Shown: positions 13,540 through 27,546, counted from the stretch's first letter. The stretch: 64,000 nt of DNA from Kudoa neothunni (GCA_964304625.1 OZ199838.1:6869731-6933730), one strand, 5' to 3'. A program made the numbers and translations. The notes: generated from the sequence alone by a model not told the origin.

Positions 13540-14420
13540 CACTATTTTCCCGTCGATTGTCATGACGATTTAATTTTCTTTATTGAATCCGTTATGTAGT
13601 TATTAATGAGTCTAAAATATGTGAAAAAATACTTCAAGTAAGAAGATGTAATAAAGTCTGTCCTCGAAATTGTCAATCATATACGATCAAATGGGGAGAC
13701 TCTTCGACAGTTCAGAAATTTTGTTGAAGAACTTGATCTTGGTGATAAACCTAACGATGTTTCATTCTTCTGTAATGTGAGACGGCTGTTAATTAACAAT
13801 GTCTTGAATAGATTTGTGGATCTTTTAGAACCGATTAGTTCATTCCTTAAGGAAAAGAACAAATCATACCCTCAACTTGAAAATAATCAATGGCTTTACG
13901 ATTTGATGCTTTTACTGACGTAATGAACAATCTTCGAAAATAAAGTACGAGTTTTCCAAATCTCAATAGACAACAAAATTTATCCCCTGATGATTTACAG
14001 AAACTGAAATCATGCTTTATGTTATACATCAACCCATTTGTGATTGATGCAGTTAATGAAGTTTGTAAAAATCTTGAGCCACTGGTCACCGATTTTTCAA
14101 CCGTGGAAATGGAACTAATGGATTTTCAAGGAGATCTGGCTTTAAAGATGATTCATGACTCCAACTCACCAAACGAATTTTGGAAAAACGTATCAGGATA
14201 TAAATACCCGAAAATAAAATAAATTTGCCTCAAACTTGTTTCTATCTTTGTAACGACTTATTATTGTTAATCTGTTTATTCTACGATGAAGCTTGTAAAA
14301 TCGGAACATCGTGGATCCCTCACAAGCAAACACCTGACGGAATTAAATCGTACGGCTTTAACAGCACATGAACCAGACTTTGGTCAGCTCAATGACACTA
14401 TGGAAAAATATAAACAACTT
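13540..14420 (+). pseudogene. Decayed GTF2IRD2/SPIN-like hAT transposase fragment
   Basis: VLEIVNHIRS..RQFRNF..VRRL..VLNRFVDLLEPISSFL and EFWKNVS..YP, broken by stops and frameshifts. Confidence 0.7.
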
Positions 14421-14534
14421 GTTTCATTAGAAACAATTTCTAAAAAATTTTTTCGAATGCATTGATTTGTTATGTTATTACTTTATGCAAAAATATGTAA
14501 TCTTATTTTTTATCAGACTACCATACATGGTTAA

Positions 14535-15251
14535 CCTTTCCGGTAACAGGCGGGTTATATTAGGTACCCCAATAAGATAATTTCTTCCTAATTCCTAACA
14601 GACACAATTTATTCTATTGAAATTTCATAAATGCATCTCTATTTATTAAGCACATCAGTAGGTAAAAATTTTAATTTATATTTTTTGAATATTTAAATTA
14701 AATATATCTCAATACTTTTAATTTAGGCTAGATATTTTCAAATTTAAATTATAAGATAAGGATTAACGCAGATTAATACACAACAATCGTGGTCTGGTGA
14801 ATGTTGTTTCGTTGTTGGGTTGAGAGTTTCAACGTAATAAGGTTTAAACATAATTTAATTATGTATTGGTTTTTGAGGGAAATTTAATAAATAACATAGA
14901 GTAGAAACCTGAGGATGATCTCGTGTGCCGTTGTTACCCGAATAATTGTTAATATGTTGATAGGTTTGTGTGTACTTCTCTCCATAACTTTAGAAGTTTT
15001 ATTCGAAATTAGACTTTTCTCGCACTTGGAATTATACAATATCGACAAAAAATTTTGTTCAAGATTTATTTTGGAGTAGATTGATGCGTAAATTGTAGAA
15101 TACCAATCGATTAATCGGGTTTCATGGCCGATTATACACAATAACATATGTAGCTTTGGGTTGTTTAAATAATGAAAAAACAATTTCTATTGGGGTCTCT
15201 CAGGGACCCCATGGGCACACATGGAATTTTATGAGCTCGGTATTGGAAGGG
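14535..15251. mobile_element. piggyBac-type MITE, about 717 bp
   Basis: TTAA|CCTTTCC ... GGAAGGG|TTAA, with subterminal GGGT..ACCC palindromes at both ends. Confidence 0.6.
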
Positions 15252-15603
15252 TTAATGTGAAAAATATTTTATTGTTTTTGTGACCCTTTAAGAGAAACAA
15301 AAAAGTTTCTTGAATCGTTAAGTGTAAATTTACTATTTTGGAAAAATCATATGCAAGTTTTCCAACCAATAACTGAATAAAAAACCATCATTTTTAATTC
15401 TACAACGTTTATCTTAACATTTACCAAAAACACAAGTCTTAAAGAAGGAAGAGGTAAATAAAGATTACGAGCCATATATAAAAAAACCACGCGATTTTCG
15501 GAGACTACAAAACGGGACGCATAACAAGAAAATTGCGCAAACAAAAACACGAAAATACAGTACAAATCGGCGTCATAAAAAACAAGGTAAAAACAAAAAA
15601 TGT

Positions 15604-16068
15604 TTATTTGGAACCAGAGTATTTGTTCACAGCCTTAGTTCCCTCAGAAACGGCATGCTTAGCAAGCTCACCCGGCAAAATCAATCTCACAGCAGTTTGA
15701 ATTTCCCTGCTTGTGATTGTGCTCTTCTTGTTGTAAGCAGCAAGCTTAGAGGCCTCCGAGGCAATTCTTTCGAAAAGATCGGTGATAAAGTTATGGCAAA
15801 TATTCATAGCCTTGTTGGAGATACCAGTATCAGGGTGAACCTGTTTGAGAACCTTGTAGATGTAGATAAAGTAGGTCTCCTTTCTCTTCTTATGCCTCTT
15901 CTTCTCGCCGAGCTTTCCGGGGATTTTGCCGACCTTTTTAGAGGCGGGTCCTCTCTTGGAGGCAAGCTTTCCCATCTTACCGGCGGCAATCTTTCCACCT
16001 TTGGCAGGGAGACTAGTGTTCACTTGTGAGCTGCTATCTTCAATTTGATCCTTAGTAGTTGCTGCCAT
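15604..16068 (-). CDS. H2B: Histone H2B, copy 1 (154 aa, extended N-tail, intronless)
   Basis: [43 protein letters not shown]. Start set at MAATTK, where similarity to copy 2 begins. Confidence 0.97.
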   Translation of the reverse strand: MAATTKDQIEDSSSQVNTSLPAKGGKIAAGKMGKLASKRGPASKKVGKIPGKLGEKKRHKKRKETYFIYIYKVLKQVHPDTGISNKAMNICHNFITDLFERIASEASKLAAYNKKSTITSREIQTAVRLILPGELAKHAVSEGTKAVNKYSGSK

Positions 16069-18610
16069 GTCGATCGTACTGGAGCGCGAGTCGTTCACGA
16101 AAGTATTTATGAGAAAATTGACGATGAAACCCGAACATAAACGGTCATCAATATAAACACTGCGGCGGTGGTATTTCGTAACGACAGCGCACAATCGTTT
16201 ATACCGCAATATGTATCTATGGTAAAATAGTTGTCAGTTTTAAATCGTACCATATCGTTAAAAAAATACTATTTCATGAGGTTATTTAGTTTTCTAAACA
16301 GTTTAACATTTATTTTTCTTTGAGAATCGTTTTCATTGTTATAGGTATATTGGCATGCGCAATAAAAAAGTTAAGTTCATGGCTGAGGATTTGTCTGTTT
16401 TTGTCTCACATTAATTATTTTTAATATAATTATTTCAATTTTTTTTATTTTACTTTATGACGTAATATATGGTTTTTGTATCAATTTTCGACTTGAGAGT
16501 TTTGTATGTTTTACCCACTGGTGTGAACTTTTTCTAACATCATAACTCGAGGCTGTCAGATTTTTATTCTATTAGATTAAACAAAGTTAATTGAATTAGC
16601 GAATCACTAATCCTTATGTTTTGAATTTTACCTAAGAAAAGTTGGTTTGTGTTTGTTACGAATTTTTTCTAACCCTCCAGGAAACTCAGTGATGCCTTTT
16701 TCTGGTGGATTACAACGTACTTTGGTGATCGATAAATATTCTTATTCTAATATGTATACATAAATTTAAAATCGCTTTCAAATATTGTTTTCATTCACTT
16801 AGAGTGATTAGGTCAGAAATCATTCATGCACCAATAATGAAATAAATTAATTAATTAACATTCAAAGTTTGCCTTAGTTAATAGTAAAATTTAATAACTG
16901 TTTAGTGCCTTTCACGTGGATGGGTTTTAATAATTAATATGACTACTTTTTGTGAATGGTCGTAAATTTACGAAATTCGCACATAAGTTAGATAACTTTG
17001 TGAAAATTTTCAACAATATATGTATTCCATCTATCATTGTCGTCCTTATTTTTCCAGAGGTGAAAATCCTGATCCTGATTATTTCTTCATTATAGTTTTT
17101 TTTATTCCTCTAATGAATATTATCACTGTAACAATACTACGCGTACATTAAACAAGGAGCGGCGGCTCTGTTGAACCACTAATAACCTATACAGTATTGA
17201 GTCATATTGGTGCATTTATTCAGTGAGTATCTATTCGCTATAATCACTTCTCGTGTTTTATTAATTGTTTAACAAAATTTCCTCATCGTACAATAAAGCA
17301 ATGAGGGGTATAGCATAAACCCTCGATCAATTTCGATTGTCCTTAAGATATCTAATATATTCATATTTATTTATGTAATGCGCTAACAAACACAGCTCAA
17401 AAACAAATAATTACTCAGCAAATAACGCCTCCCTCCGATAAATACCGACAGTTAATATCATATGTGGATTAGCACTACAATTTTATTTAAGGAATAAAAT
17501 ATTCACCGTAAGAACTAATAAAATAAATTTATACGATTATTTTAATCACACGATCTATCACCTGTCCAACGAATGTAACACTTTTCTATTGCTTTAATTT
17601 ATAATTAAAGAAATTATTATCTATTTGAAAAATATCTGGTTTATAATCTTCTTTTGGATAAAAATGAAAAAAACAAAATTTGTATATAATAATAAATCAA
17701 ATCAATTACTTCTAAATTTTTTGATTTTAAATTTGTCGTATTTGTTGATTGCTAACTAAATATTAAAAGTATGCGGCTCTTTGACTTAATATTATATCTT
17801 CGCATGATTGAGAGGTAAAAAAATATAAACCTACGTGACTGAGGGAAATTGAAGAATTAAGGTTTTTTATTTCATCATTTTGTACATAAGTTTTATTTAA
17901 TTTGTTATGTAAGATATTAAAAAAATTTACGGACAGAATTCTAAGGAAAATCAAAAATTAATCGTTGAACTAATCTTACGCAACCTAATCGAACATTGCT
18001 CGTGCACAATTTCGGCGATCAATTGCACTAGATAATATAAAATATTTTTTCCTTCGGTAGTAATTTAGTATCAGGATAATATTTATGGATTCTAAATTTA
18101 TTTTTTTATTCCATACGACTAGTCTTCTGGTAGTGAATATGAGGATGTTATAATTGAGGATCTCTCAAGAAACTGATGAGGACGATCTGGGCATGTACAA
18201 TAATTCATTTATTACAAAATCTGGGTTAGTTTAGAATCTTACAAAAAGATCTATATCAATGTTGGGTATCGTGACCAACCGTACGATATCTGTCAAAAAA
18301 ACCGTTAACAATTTAAAGGGAACCAGAATCATCAGGCGGACCTACTCCGATTGCCAATAAGTGAGTAATGCGGTTAACCACAAAACGGTACACCTCAAAC
18401 CTGGGTAAAATTCACACAGGAATACCCAGAGGTGAATGTACACATGTTCGGCAATCGGGTGTAAGGTCCCTCTCACCACATATTTCCTATAAACACAATT
18501 CAAAATTCAGTTCATTTAGTAAAACGAATTTTTTATTTAATTTTCGCCTAAAGTGATCAAAAAATATCATAATCGTGACATAAGACTATTGCATAAAATA
18601 GGTAACATAG

Positions 18611-21600
18611 CAGACAATGCCCGTTAGTGTCACGAGCGGACGAAGGTCTAACCCATGACCATCAAACCTAAAAGTGGCGAGACCTTATTACGCGCTATTG
18701 TTAATATGTGGATATGCCACAGCGACACCTAAAAACGACCTCTCGCGCATGTTTTTCCAATATCTTTTTTTCACGATTGTCCATAATAAAATAAAAGAAT
18801 AAGGAGAGACATAATTTAGCGAAAAATAATAACTTCTATATTTTAAGATTTTTTCATCTGAACACGGTCGGATACACGTGTAATCTCCACATTTTTTCAA
18901 CAAACATTGAATTTTTTTCGTTTTTCTCTTAGTTATTAACTCATTAATTATTTATTATTACTATTCAGATTTGTTACTATTGATATATAACAATTTTATA
19001 TGGACTAACTTTAAAAATAAACTTTTTGCGTGTTTCTCAAAAACATCTCATATATATCTATAAAGAAAACACTTTTTGAATTTTAAAAAATAGATATTGA
19101 TGTCGTACGATTTTTTTTAGTTTATATTTTTTTTATTTAATTTTTTATTGGAAATTAAGAATTTATTCAATTTTTATTATTAAAATTCTGAAACCTGATT
19201 TTTTAAAATGATAATATTACTATATGTAAACTTAATATCTTAACTAGGGTTATTATTTTGATCGGTACACACATCATTGATTTTAACTAATAAATATAGA
19301 AAGATAACGATTTAGGAAATTTTAACAACAACATTTTTACGTTTACCGAATGTTACACTAAACACACACGTAAGAATTCCTCTAGTATAGTAATAACTTA
19401 ATATAATAAACCTTAAATTATTTACCTATTGAAATTAAATGTTTATCTAAAATATAGTGTTGATTTAAAAAAAAATCGTTAGTTTAAGAAAATGCGTTTT
19501 GAGAGCACGTGGTTGTCTTCTCGTTTTTAAACGATTCACACTAAAAACCAATAGACATGTAAAGATAAATCTGGTATTGTAAAGTTTATGTTTACGTGCT
19601 AAAAATATGAAGAATAACTAACTTATGAGTGATTATCAAAAAAATTCAATATTCGTTGAAAAAAATATAGAGATTGTACGTATATTCGACAGCGTTCGGA
19701 TGAAAAATTCTTTTATTTTATTATGGACAATTATGAAAAAAAAGAAATTCGAAAAACATGAGAAAGAGGTCGTTTTCGGGCGCCACATACTTTAACATTA
19801 CCAAAAAGATCTTAGATATGAAATTAATATTAAATTTTGAACGAAGAAAAATATAAGGCATTGAATATAAACAGTTACGATCTTTACCTCTATTTACTGG
19901 AATTTTTGAAGTATGTTACCTCATATGTCATAATTTCATATTTTATTACCAAATAAAAACTTGATATCAATGTTTTTTTCAAAGACAATTAAATTGATTT
20001 AGGAAACAGAACCTTGCTATATTAAGTTACACTATACTCAAATCTGTCCAAACGTTGTTGGAATGATAGAAATACTTTAAAGCCCTAATTTTATAAATTC
20101 AATAATTAGCTGCGATTTTTCGAAGATTCCGGGTTCTTTGGGACTAATTTTTTTAAATGTTTGTGTTATGTTTTGTACGCGACACACCAAAGACAGCAAA
20201 TATAACACACACGCGATCCGAAAGGACCCGATAATTATAAGAGAGTAATGTGACGCGGCAGTGAAGCTGCCGTTAAATAATTTTTGTTTGTTAATCTACA
20301 ACAGTTTGTCACAAGCAAAGATTTCCCATCAATTTTGTTTTTTTAAATGGATAATTTAGCTCAGCCATGCTAGACAAAAGCGACTCAACGTGGTTTATCA
20401 CAAAATTGAATTTTTTAAAATTTGGGTGGAGAAAAGCTGCGATTTTATGGTTCATATCAGTACATTGTGTGTATTTTTCGTCCAATAAACTTTCCAAATG
20501 CATACAATAATCGCCCATATGAGTTTCATGTTGCTTTGATATGATGAAATACAATAAGCACTTAACGATAATATAAAAAACGAAACTCAAACGAATTACA
20601 AAATGTGACGATGGTCTCTTTACCTGATCAAACTGATCAAAGAAATCGAAAAATATTTCGAAAAATTCAGCTACAGCAACACATTCGTTCTTGTCCAATC
20701 CATCGAAATATTTTTTAGCTGGATGATTTTCTAGCACCCCTCGAAACTATCAAAACAGGCCATTAACTTCCTATATCGATCGCTGAGACCTCTCCATGGT
20801 CGCGTAGCTGAGTCCCATTGTATTTTCATTGATAATTTAGACTGTAAATCTGCCGTTTCGTGAACAGATCCGCACAGTTTGTCAACATTCACCCTTAGTA
20901 CGGATGAACCGGATGTGTTGTTTGTACTGAGATCCCAAGCTACACATAAAAAAATGTAATCAACATCTTAAAATACATAAGATACCTTGAGGTATAATAG
21001 TGTGAAGGCGGTGAACAGCATATCTGATTGTGTTGAACTCTCTTAGAACTGACAGATTGTTTGCTGCGGAGTCACAAACAATTCCGTTCAGATTTTATTT
21101 ATATTTTCTGCAGTGTGTTTTACAGGAAAATAGGTCATGTCATATTGGAAATGTTGAAAGGTGAAATTTTTAACAAATAACACTGATATATCCATGAATG
21201 AATTGATTTTGGCATCATCAGTCCAAATATCAACAGTTAGGCACATACTATTGTGATTGATTGTTTTAACGCATTTTTTGGATAAAACCTTAAGCCTAGC
21301 ACTAGGTTCATTGAACTTTTTCCCCAAGTTAAATTTAAAGTTTATCATCTCTGTAAACGATGCACTTTCTGTTATTTAAAACGGGGAGATTGTTTCAGCT
21401 ACAAAATTAGCAATTTTAGTGTTAAACATTACCTGATTTGACACGCTTAAATTAACAATGGAGGGAGGTGAAACAAATAATTAACTAATTTTTATATCTT
21501 TATTTGTTTGGTTATGTAACTTATTATGAGTAATAAGTTTCCTGTTCCCGTAAGACCACTTATGCAGGAATGCTTTTTTGTACTTTGTGCAAATAATAAA

Positions 21601-21680
21601 ATCAATGTGGGATGTTTCATCCCCGTCTTTAGAACGCGTTGTAGATTTTTTCCAAGAGAAAAGTCTACCAGCTTTCAAAG
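18611..21680 (-). mobile_element. hobo/Hermes-type hAT, decayed and 5'-truncated; inverted copy of 53422-56595
   Basis: TIR CAGACAATGCC at 18611; transposase pieces LTVDIWTDD, NFVAETISPF, AAFLHPNFK; long near-identity to the 53.4-56.6 kb copy. Confidence 0.85.
20164..20303. mobile_element. Probable 140-bp solo LTR inside the hAT
   Basis: TGTT...AACA termini with a perfect 5-bp GTTTG duplication (20159-20163 and 20304-20308); absent from the other hAT copy. Confidence 0.65.
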
Positions 21681-21689
21681 CCAAATTAC

Positions 21690-22200
21690 AGTATACGTGT
21701 CCAGCCTTGGGCGAAAAGAATCACACCCGTTAAAAAACATAAAAAGTATTTAAACAGTATACAAATTCATTATATATTTACAAAAGGTGCTAATTTCTTT
21801 TCCTGGATATTTATTGGTCGCGTTTCTATATTGACGCTTGAAAGCACCCCATGTCGCCTCTATTTTATTCGTGTGGACGCCTTCATCAGAAAAAAACCAG
21901 CGCTTATGAATAACGGTTCCGAGGGTAAATCCTAATGTTTCAAAGTGGTTGTATCCGCCCCACACCATATTTTCTCTTTGTTATGGCGGTTTCATCGATT
22001 TGAATCATAATGTCTTTCCCACCAATTTTGGAAAACTCTTTATCCATTATTGAAGCCATCAGTTCTTTTACCATTGTATTCTAATCACATACTGTAGAAT
22101 ACGATGAAACATCCACAACCTAACACTTTTATTTGATCAATGTTTTTGTTTTTACTGCGCAAAAAACCTCACTATTAATTTTTTTGTGGGGTCTCAAAAT
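21690..22200 (-). mobile_element. Merlin (IS1595/ISXO2-like) transposase remnant
   Basis: KIGGKDIMIQIDETAITKRK and GVHTNKIEATWGAFKR; internally deleted. Confidence 0.8.
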
Positions 22201-25200
22201 AGCGCCGCCGAGCGGCTACGATTATATGTTTGTTTTTATGTTATTATTTCGTGGCTCCGATCACGACAGTCCCGGGGGATTCTAATTCAAGAGGCGATAG
22301 GTGTTTCAGTGATCTTCTTGTGGTCTTTTTATTTTTGCTAGTTTCCATGTTTTGTTGTCCGTTTTTTCTTGAACGTGGACGATGTCTCCAATTTTTGGGT
22401 TTGATAACGTAAGGGACTTTTTTTGATTGTGATTTGTTTGGTATCGTGTTCTCAGTTGTAGTAGGTATTGATTTTTCCAACATCTCCAAAAGTTTTGTAA
22501 TGTGTTTTGCCCTTTTCTCCATTTTTGTATCAACGATGTGAGTGTTGTTGGTTACTTGCATGTATTTTGAATTTAGACAAAGAAAATCAGCAGGCATTAA
22601 CGGTTTTGCCAGAACGTCTGAGGAAATGTATGTCAAAGGGCGCGTGTTTATGATGCTTTCGATTTCGATGATTAGAGTGTGGAACTGTTCTGAGCTGTAT
22701 TTTTTTGGTTTCATTGTTTTGATTAATGATGTTTTGATTAGACCGACCATTCGTTCGTAGAAGCCTCCCATCCAGGGGGCAAATTCGACAATAAACTTCC
22801 ATGTTATTTCTTTCTTTTCACAATAGCTTTCTAGTTTTGATGGGTTTAGTTCTTGATTTTTTTGCAGTTTTTTTATGCATTGAGCCATTAATTTGAAGTT
22901 TTTTGCGTTGTCAGAGATTATCATCTCAGGTGCTCCACGTCGACTAACAAACCTTCTTAGGCAATTAAGTAGTCCTTCTCCCTTTAGCGTGTTGGTGACT
23001 TCGAGGTGAACAGCGCGAATGGTGCAACATGTGAATACACATATCCAAACCTTTAGTTCGCCAGCTTTGTCATATACGGTGAATGGACCCGCGTAGTCTA
23101 CGCCAGTATAATTGAATGGTGGCAACTTGAAAGGCCTTTGTTGGAGATTTTTGCAATGATTGCATGCTTTGATAGTTGTTTTGACTACTGCTCTAGAATG
23201 TTCAGTCCAATAAGCTTGAATGAACCTTACCAGGGTTTCATTTGTTCCGCAATGGCCACCTAGGTTGTGCTGGTGCATGATGATTAATTTCGTTAGGTGA
23301 CTGTGTTTAGGGAGAAACAATGGGTGGATGGTTTCTGGGTCTAGATCGGCATTGTTGATTCTTCCGCCACATCTCAATAAACCACAACTATCGATAAATA
23401 ATCCATGCTTGAGGCATGTGTCATCCTTTGTGTTGTTCAAGATGGAATTAAGTTGTTTCGCAGCGTTCAGTTCGAGAAGGGTCAATTTGGTTGATAGAGT
23501 ATATCGCTGTCTTGCGTGAGATATGAAGCGAATGCATCAGGCTATTGTTCTCTTAAGTTTGTGGAAATCGGAGAATCTACGGACATCAATTCCAATGCTC
23601 AATTATTCCGTACTATTGATTCTCTTGTTTTCGTTCGATGGGAGCGCGAATGTGATTTTTGTTGGGGTTTGTTTGAATTGTTGTTTGTTGATTGTGAACT
23701 TTTCCACGGGCCATTCCTCGTAGTTCTTGAGCAAGAAGTTCGGTCCGTTGAACCAGAATTTGATGGCAACATTGTCGCTAGTTGCTATTCCCCTTGTTGC
23801 TAAATCTGCTGGATTATCTGTAGATCGAACATGACTCCAAATAATTTCTGTCTCTTCGGTAATTTCTCTAATTCGATTTTGTGCAAATATTGTTGGCGAG
23901 CATTGATTTTGAATCCAGTAAAGTACACACTTTGATCACAAAGTATGTGCTTCTCATCAATTTTTATTTTTAGTTGTTTTGATACGTATTTAATCATTTT
24001 TGTTCCAAGATGTGCGCCCATGAGCTCCAATTTAGGAATCGTGAGCGTTTTGATAGGGGCTAATCTGGATTTGGCGAATATTAATTAAAATTGAGTCCTT
24101 CTTCTCGTTATTACTGATTACTAGGCATATTGTACAAGCGTATGCATGTTGTGATGCATCGCAGAAACATATCAATTTTGCACTTTCGTGATTATTTAAT
24201 GTCAATGAGGGAAATGTTCTGGTTACTTCAATTGTTGCGATTTTGTTTAAGTCAGATATGATCTCGTTCCATTTGCTGATTTCGGTCTCATTCATTTGAC
24301 TATCCCAATCCTTGTATTCCTTCCACAGTTTTTGTAGGAATATTTTTCCAATTATTGTGAATGGCGCGAACAATCCTAGAGGATCGTAGATCCTGGAGAT
24401 ATCTTCCAATACATTTCTTTTGGTTATTATACATTTGTTGTTGTTCTTGTCGACATATATTGATTGATTTATTTCAGTAGATACATTATCAGGATTTTGG
24501 TTGATGTGTTGTGAAATTGTTACTTGTAAAAGAAATGGAGAGGAGATTATTCCAAATGGAACACGTTTGAAGCGAAAAATCTCTAAATTGTTTGTCATTT
24601 TTGGCGACTTTGTGTCTTTGATCCACAAGAATCGAGTATAATCTCGATCATTAGGAGAAATGACTAGCTAATGATATACTTTCTCGATATCAGCCGTTAC
24701 TCCTACTTTGCTCAATCGGAATCGCATGAGCATCCCCCCAAGGTCCTCTAACATCACCGGTCCTTTGTGTAAGCGATCGTTTAGACTGATGTTGTCTTTA
24801 GTTGCTTTGGCTGAAGCGTCGAAGACTATTCGGAGCTTCGTTGTTGAGCTGTTGGATGAGACACCATGATGGGGTATGTAGTGGCAGTTGTTATTGTTCG
24901 ATGATTCCTCTGTAACTTCCTCAATTATGTCATTATTCATTTGTGTTTCAAAGATTTGGTTGTATTGGTTAAGTAGAGCATGGTCGTTGCCAATTCGTTT
25001 AAGTAGATGGTTTAGTCTACCTTTTGCTAAGTTGAAGTTTGTTGGTAGATCCTTGGTTGGAGTTTTCCATGGGAATGATACAACGTATCGATTATTGACG
25101 AACCTTAGGTTCTTTTTGAAGTTTTGGGTGATTTTCAGGTTATCCTCGGTCTGTGTTGTATTGCCTATTGATTCGACAGCCCATAACCTTTCGATGTCAC

Positions 25201-26530
25201 ATTCCATTAGGCTATTGTGCTGGAACAGGATGCTATTGTCGTTTGCACTTTCAATTGTGCATAAATTCATCGTTGTTTGTGGGGTTACCATTAAATTATT
25301 TGACTCCAATTTGCCCACGACTAGTTGACCTATTGTGGTGTCTACGATGTAAAGACCGTTGTGAAGTTTTTGTTTAACCGATTTGAATATATCGTAGAAG
25401 TAATCTAACCCAATTAACATATCAATATTTTTGGTACCGTCATCATTCAGGTTTTTGATCATTGTTGATTGTAGTTCGTTTTTGATGTTATTTGGAATCG
25501 GTTGGTGCCAAATAGAGTTAGTAATGTGTGCTGTTGCATTTGCAACTAATATCATGTTGCCTTTTTCTGTGTTGAGTAACACTTCCACTATTTTGCTTTT
25601 AATGTAGTGCTGGGTTTGTGACCCAAAAGTGTTAACATTGAGTTTTTCCCATTCTTTTGACTTCAATTTCAGCTTCTTGGATAACTCCTCTGTGATAAAG
25701 GTTCTCTCGCTCCCCGTGTCCAACAGAGCGTTTGCTTTTATTGTTGTCTCTGGAAACTTTGGATTGCTAACCGAGACTTTGCCAATTAGTAACCTCGCAC
25801 TTTGGGATCGCGATAGTAGAATGGTCGAGTCCCTCTTGTTTGAGGATTTGGAATCACACAAGCTAGAGTGATGTGCTTTTATTTTCTTACAATAGAATCA
25901 AGGTTTCGTTCTTTTACAATTTGATTTTTGATGACCAGTCTTTAGGCAATTATGACATCTATTTTGTATAATTCTCAATCTTTCCTCCAAGTGAGGAAAC
26001 TTCTCACATTGGTCCGACCAGTGTCTCTCGTTGCAAAACAAACATGATTTATCCTGTCTATCAATGCTACTGTTTGTGACCAACGATTGTGTTTTTCTTG
26101 CGTACGTACCGTTGTCGTTGGACGAACAGCATATCTCTGATGTCTCTTTTGAGAGAATAATTTTCCGAATTTCACTCCGGAGATGTGCCAATGTAAGTTC
26201 TTTATTGTGGAAACTCAAGAAAATGGTATTAGCAATTTCTATGGGCATTTTGCTGAGAATTAGAGTCACGAATTGTTGGGAATTAGAATTTTCGTCAAGT
26301 GCTTCGAGAGATCTTATGTGTTTGTCGAGGAGATTTAATGTTGTTTTGAGTGAAGCCGTGTTATTTAATGCCGGCTTAATTTTGTTGAGTTGTAAATAAT
26401 GGTTGTTTTTGACAGCCACTAGGTTTTCGTATCTGCCTTTCAGTATTTGAATCGCTTGACTATAATTTCTATTTGTGACGAGGATGCCATCAATCGATGC
26501 TTTGGCTTCTCCTTCTAAGAGGCTTTTCAT
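22200..26530 (-). mobile_element. BEL/Pao LTR retrotransposon, decayed and 5'-truncated
   Basis: gag with CLFC..H..C and CHNC..GH..C knuckles, protease LLDTGS, RT HYIPHH..KLRIVFDAS/ADIEK/PFGIISSPF/YVD, RNase H FCDAS, integrase GVDYAGP..SDNAKNF..GGFYER. A partial 3' LTR starts TGTCG at 22268. Confidence 0.93.
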
Positions 26531-27320
26531 TTACCCAAATATCTCTTTAAACGGTACCCAATTATCCCTGTGAATTCCCATCAGTAATAAACTGATGATG
26601 AACCTATCCAACTTTACTTCATCCGATTCGATTCATTTATCACCAAAAGAATTTCCACCCATGTACTGGTATATTTTAAAATAATCGCGTACATAGCAGA
26701 ATTAAATATTATTCTGAAAGTATCAATTTTATTTTGTAATAACAACGGAGAAACACCAGGACGAATATTCATAATATTAGCATCACATGTTCTAGGTGCC
26801 AACGGCGGGTTCATCGACCATAACTTTCCGTTCTTGTCCATTAATGAATTAAGTTGTATATCTGTATCAATGTCAAATTTTTCCGACGATAAATAATCAT
26901 GGAACGAAGGAAATGAATCTGAAGCCTCGGTATCAGAGTAATTACTATCAAGATCGCTTGAGCACATTACGAAAAATAATTATGGTGCATGCGCAATGCA
27001 GAGTAACATATGGTATGCATGTAATAAAAATATATTTACTCGATAGAATTTTTTCAAAGTTTTCTCCAAAATTTACTTCAATATTTTGGATAATTAGATA
27101 AAAAATCGTGGGGTCATTTTGATCCCAATTATACTTGGAGGGTGTTGTTGCATAAACTTGGTTTCTACGTAATGAACAAGTTTTTTTATTAGTGGAATTT
27201 TACTACAGAAAATTTTAGAAGAATAGGATGACTTCGGAAAATTTTTCACAAGTCTATGCGTTAGAAGATTGATAACTAATGTCGCCTGGGGTTCAATAGG
27301 TCCCAATTATACTTAGAGGG
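26531..27320 (-). mobile_element. piggyBac 5' fragment, inverted relative of 61754-62818
   Basis: End CCCTCTAAGTATAATTGG at 27320, repeated internally near 27142; acidic N-terminal ORF 26614-26967; aligns with 61754-62285. Confidence 0.75.
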
Positions 27321-27546
27321 TTTAATATTAACATCAAGAATCGCAATGCAAAATTAGCTCATTGCGGATTTCAACGGGTGCGAACGAAACATAGCGAATT
27401 AGGCTTGGCGCATTTATCGCGTCAAAATTTTTATTATGTCGGCACTAAACTTCGAAATAAAATTTATATGTATTCATATATCTTTTTTATTTACACCACC
27501 TAAAATGACATTAATTGCAAGACTAATAAAATTATCAAGCGCTATA

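Noticed and set aside
15655-16029. 124-aa antisense ORFs conserved across both H2B copies (also 57876-58250)
   Set aside because: Shadow of histone codon bias and paralogy; no independent coding signal.
16069-16209. Longer H2B N-termini in the ORF track (also 57717-57836)
   Set aside because: The two extensions are unrelated to each other; similarity starts at MAATTK.
18688-18903. Duplicated 70-aa ORF (also 56161-56373) as a small gene
   Set aside because: It lies in the arm of an inverted-repeat element inside the hAT; conservation reflects TE copying.
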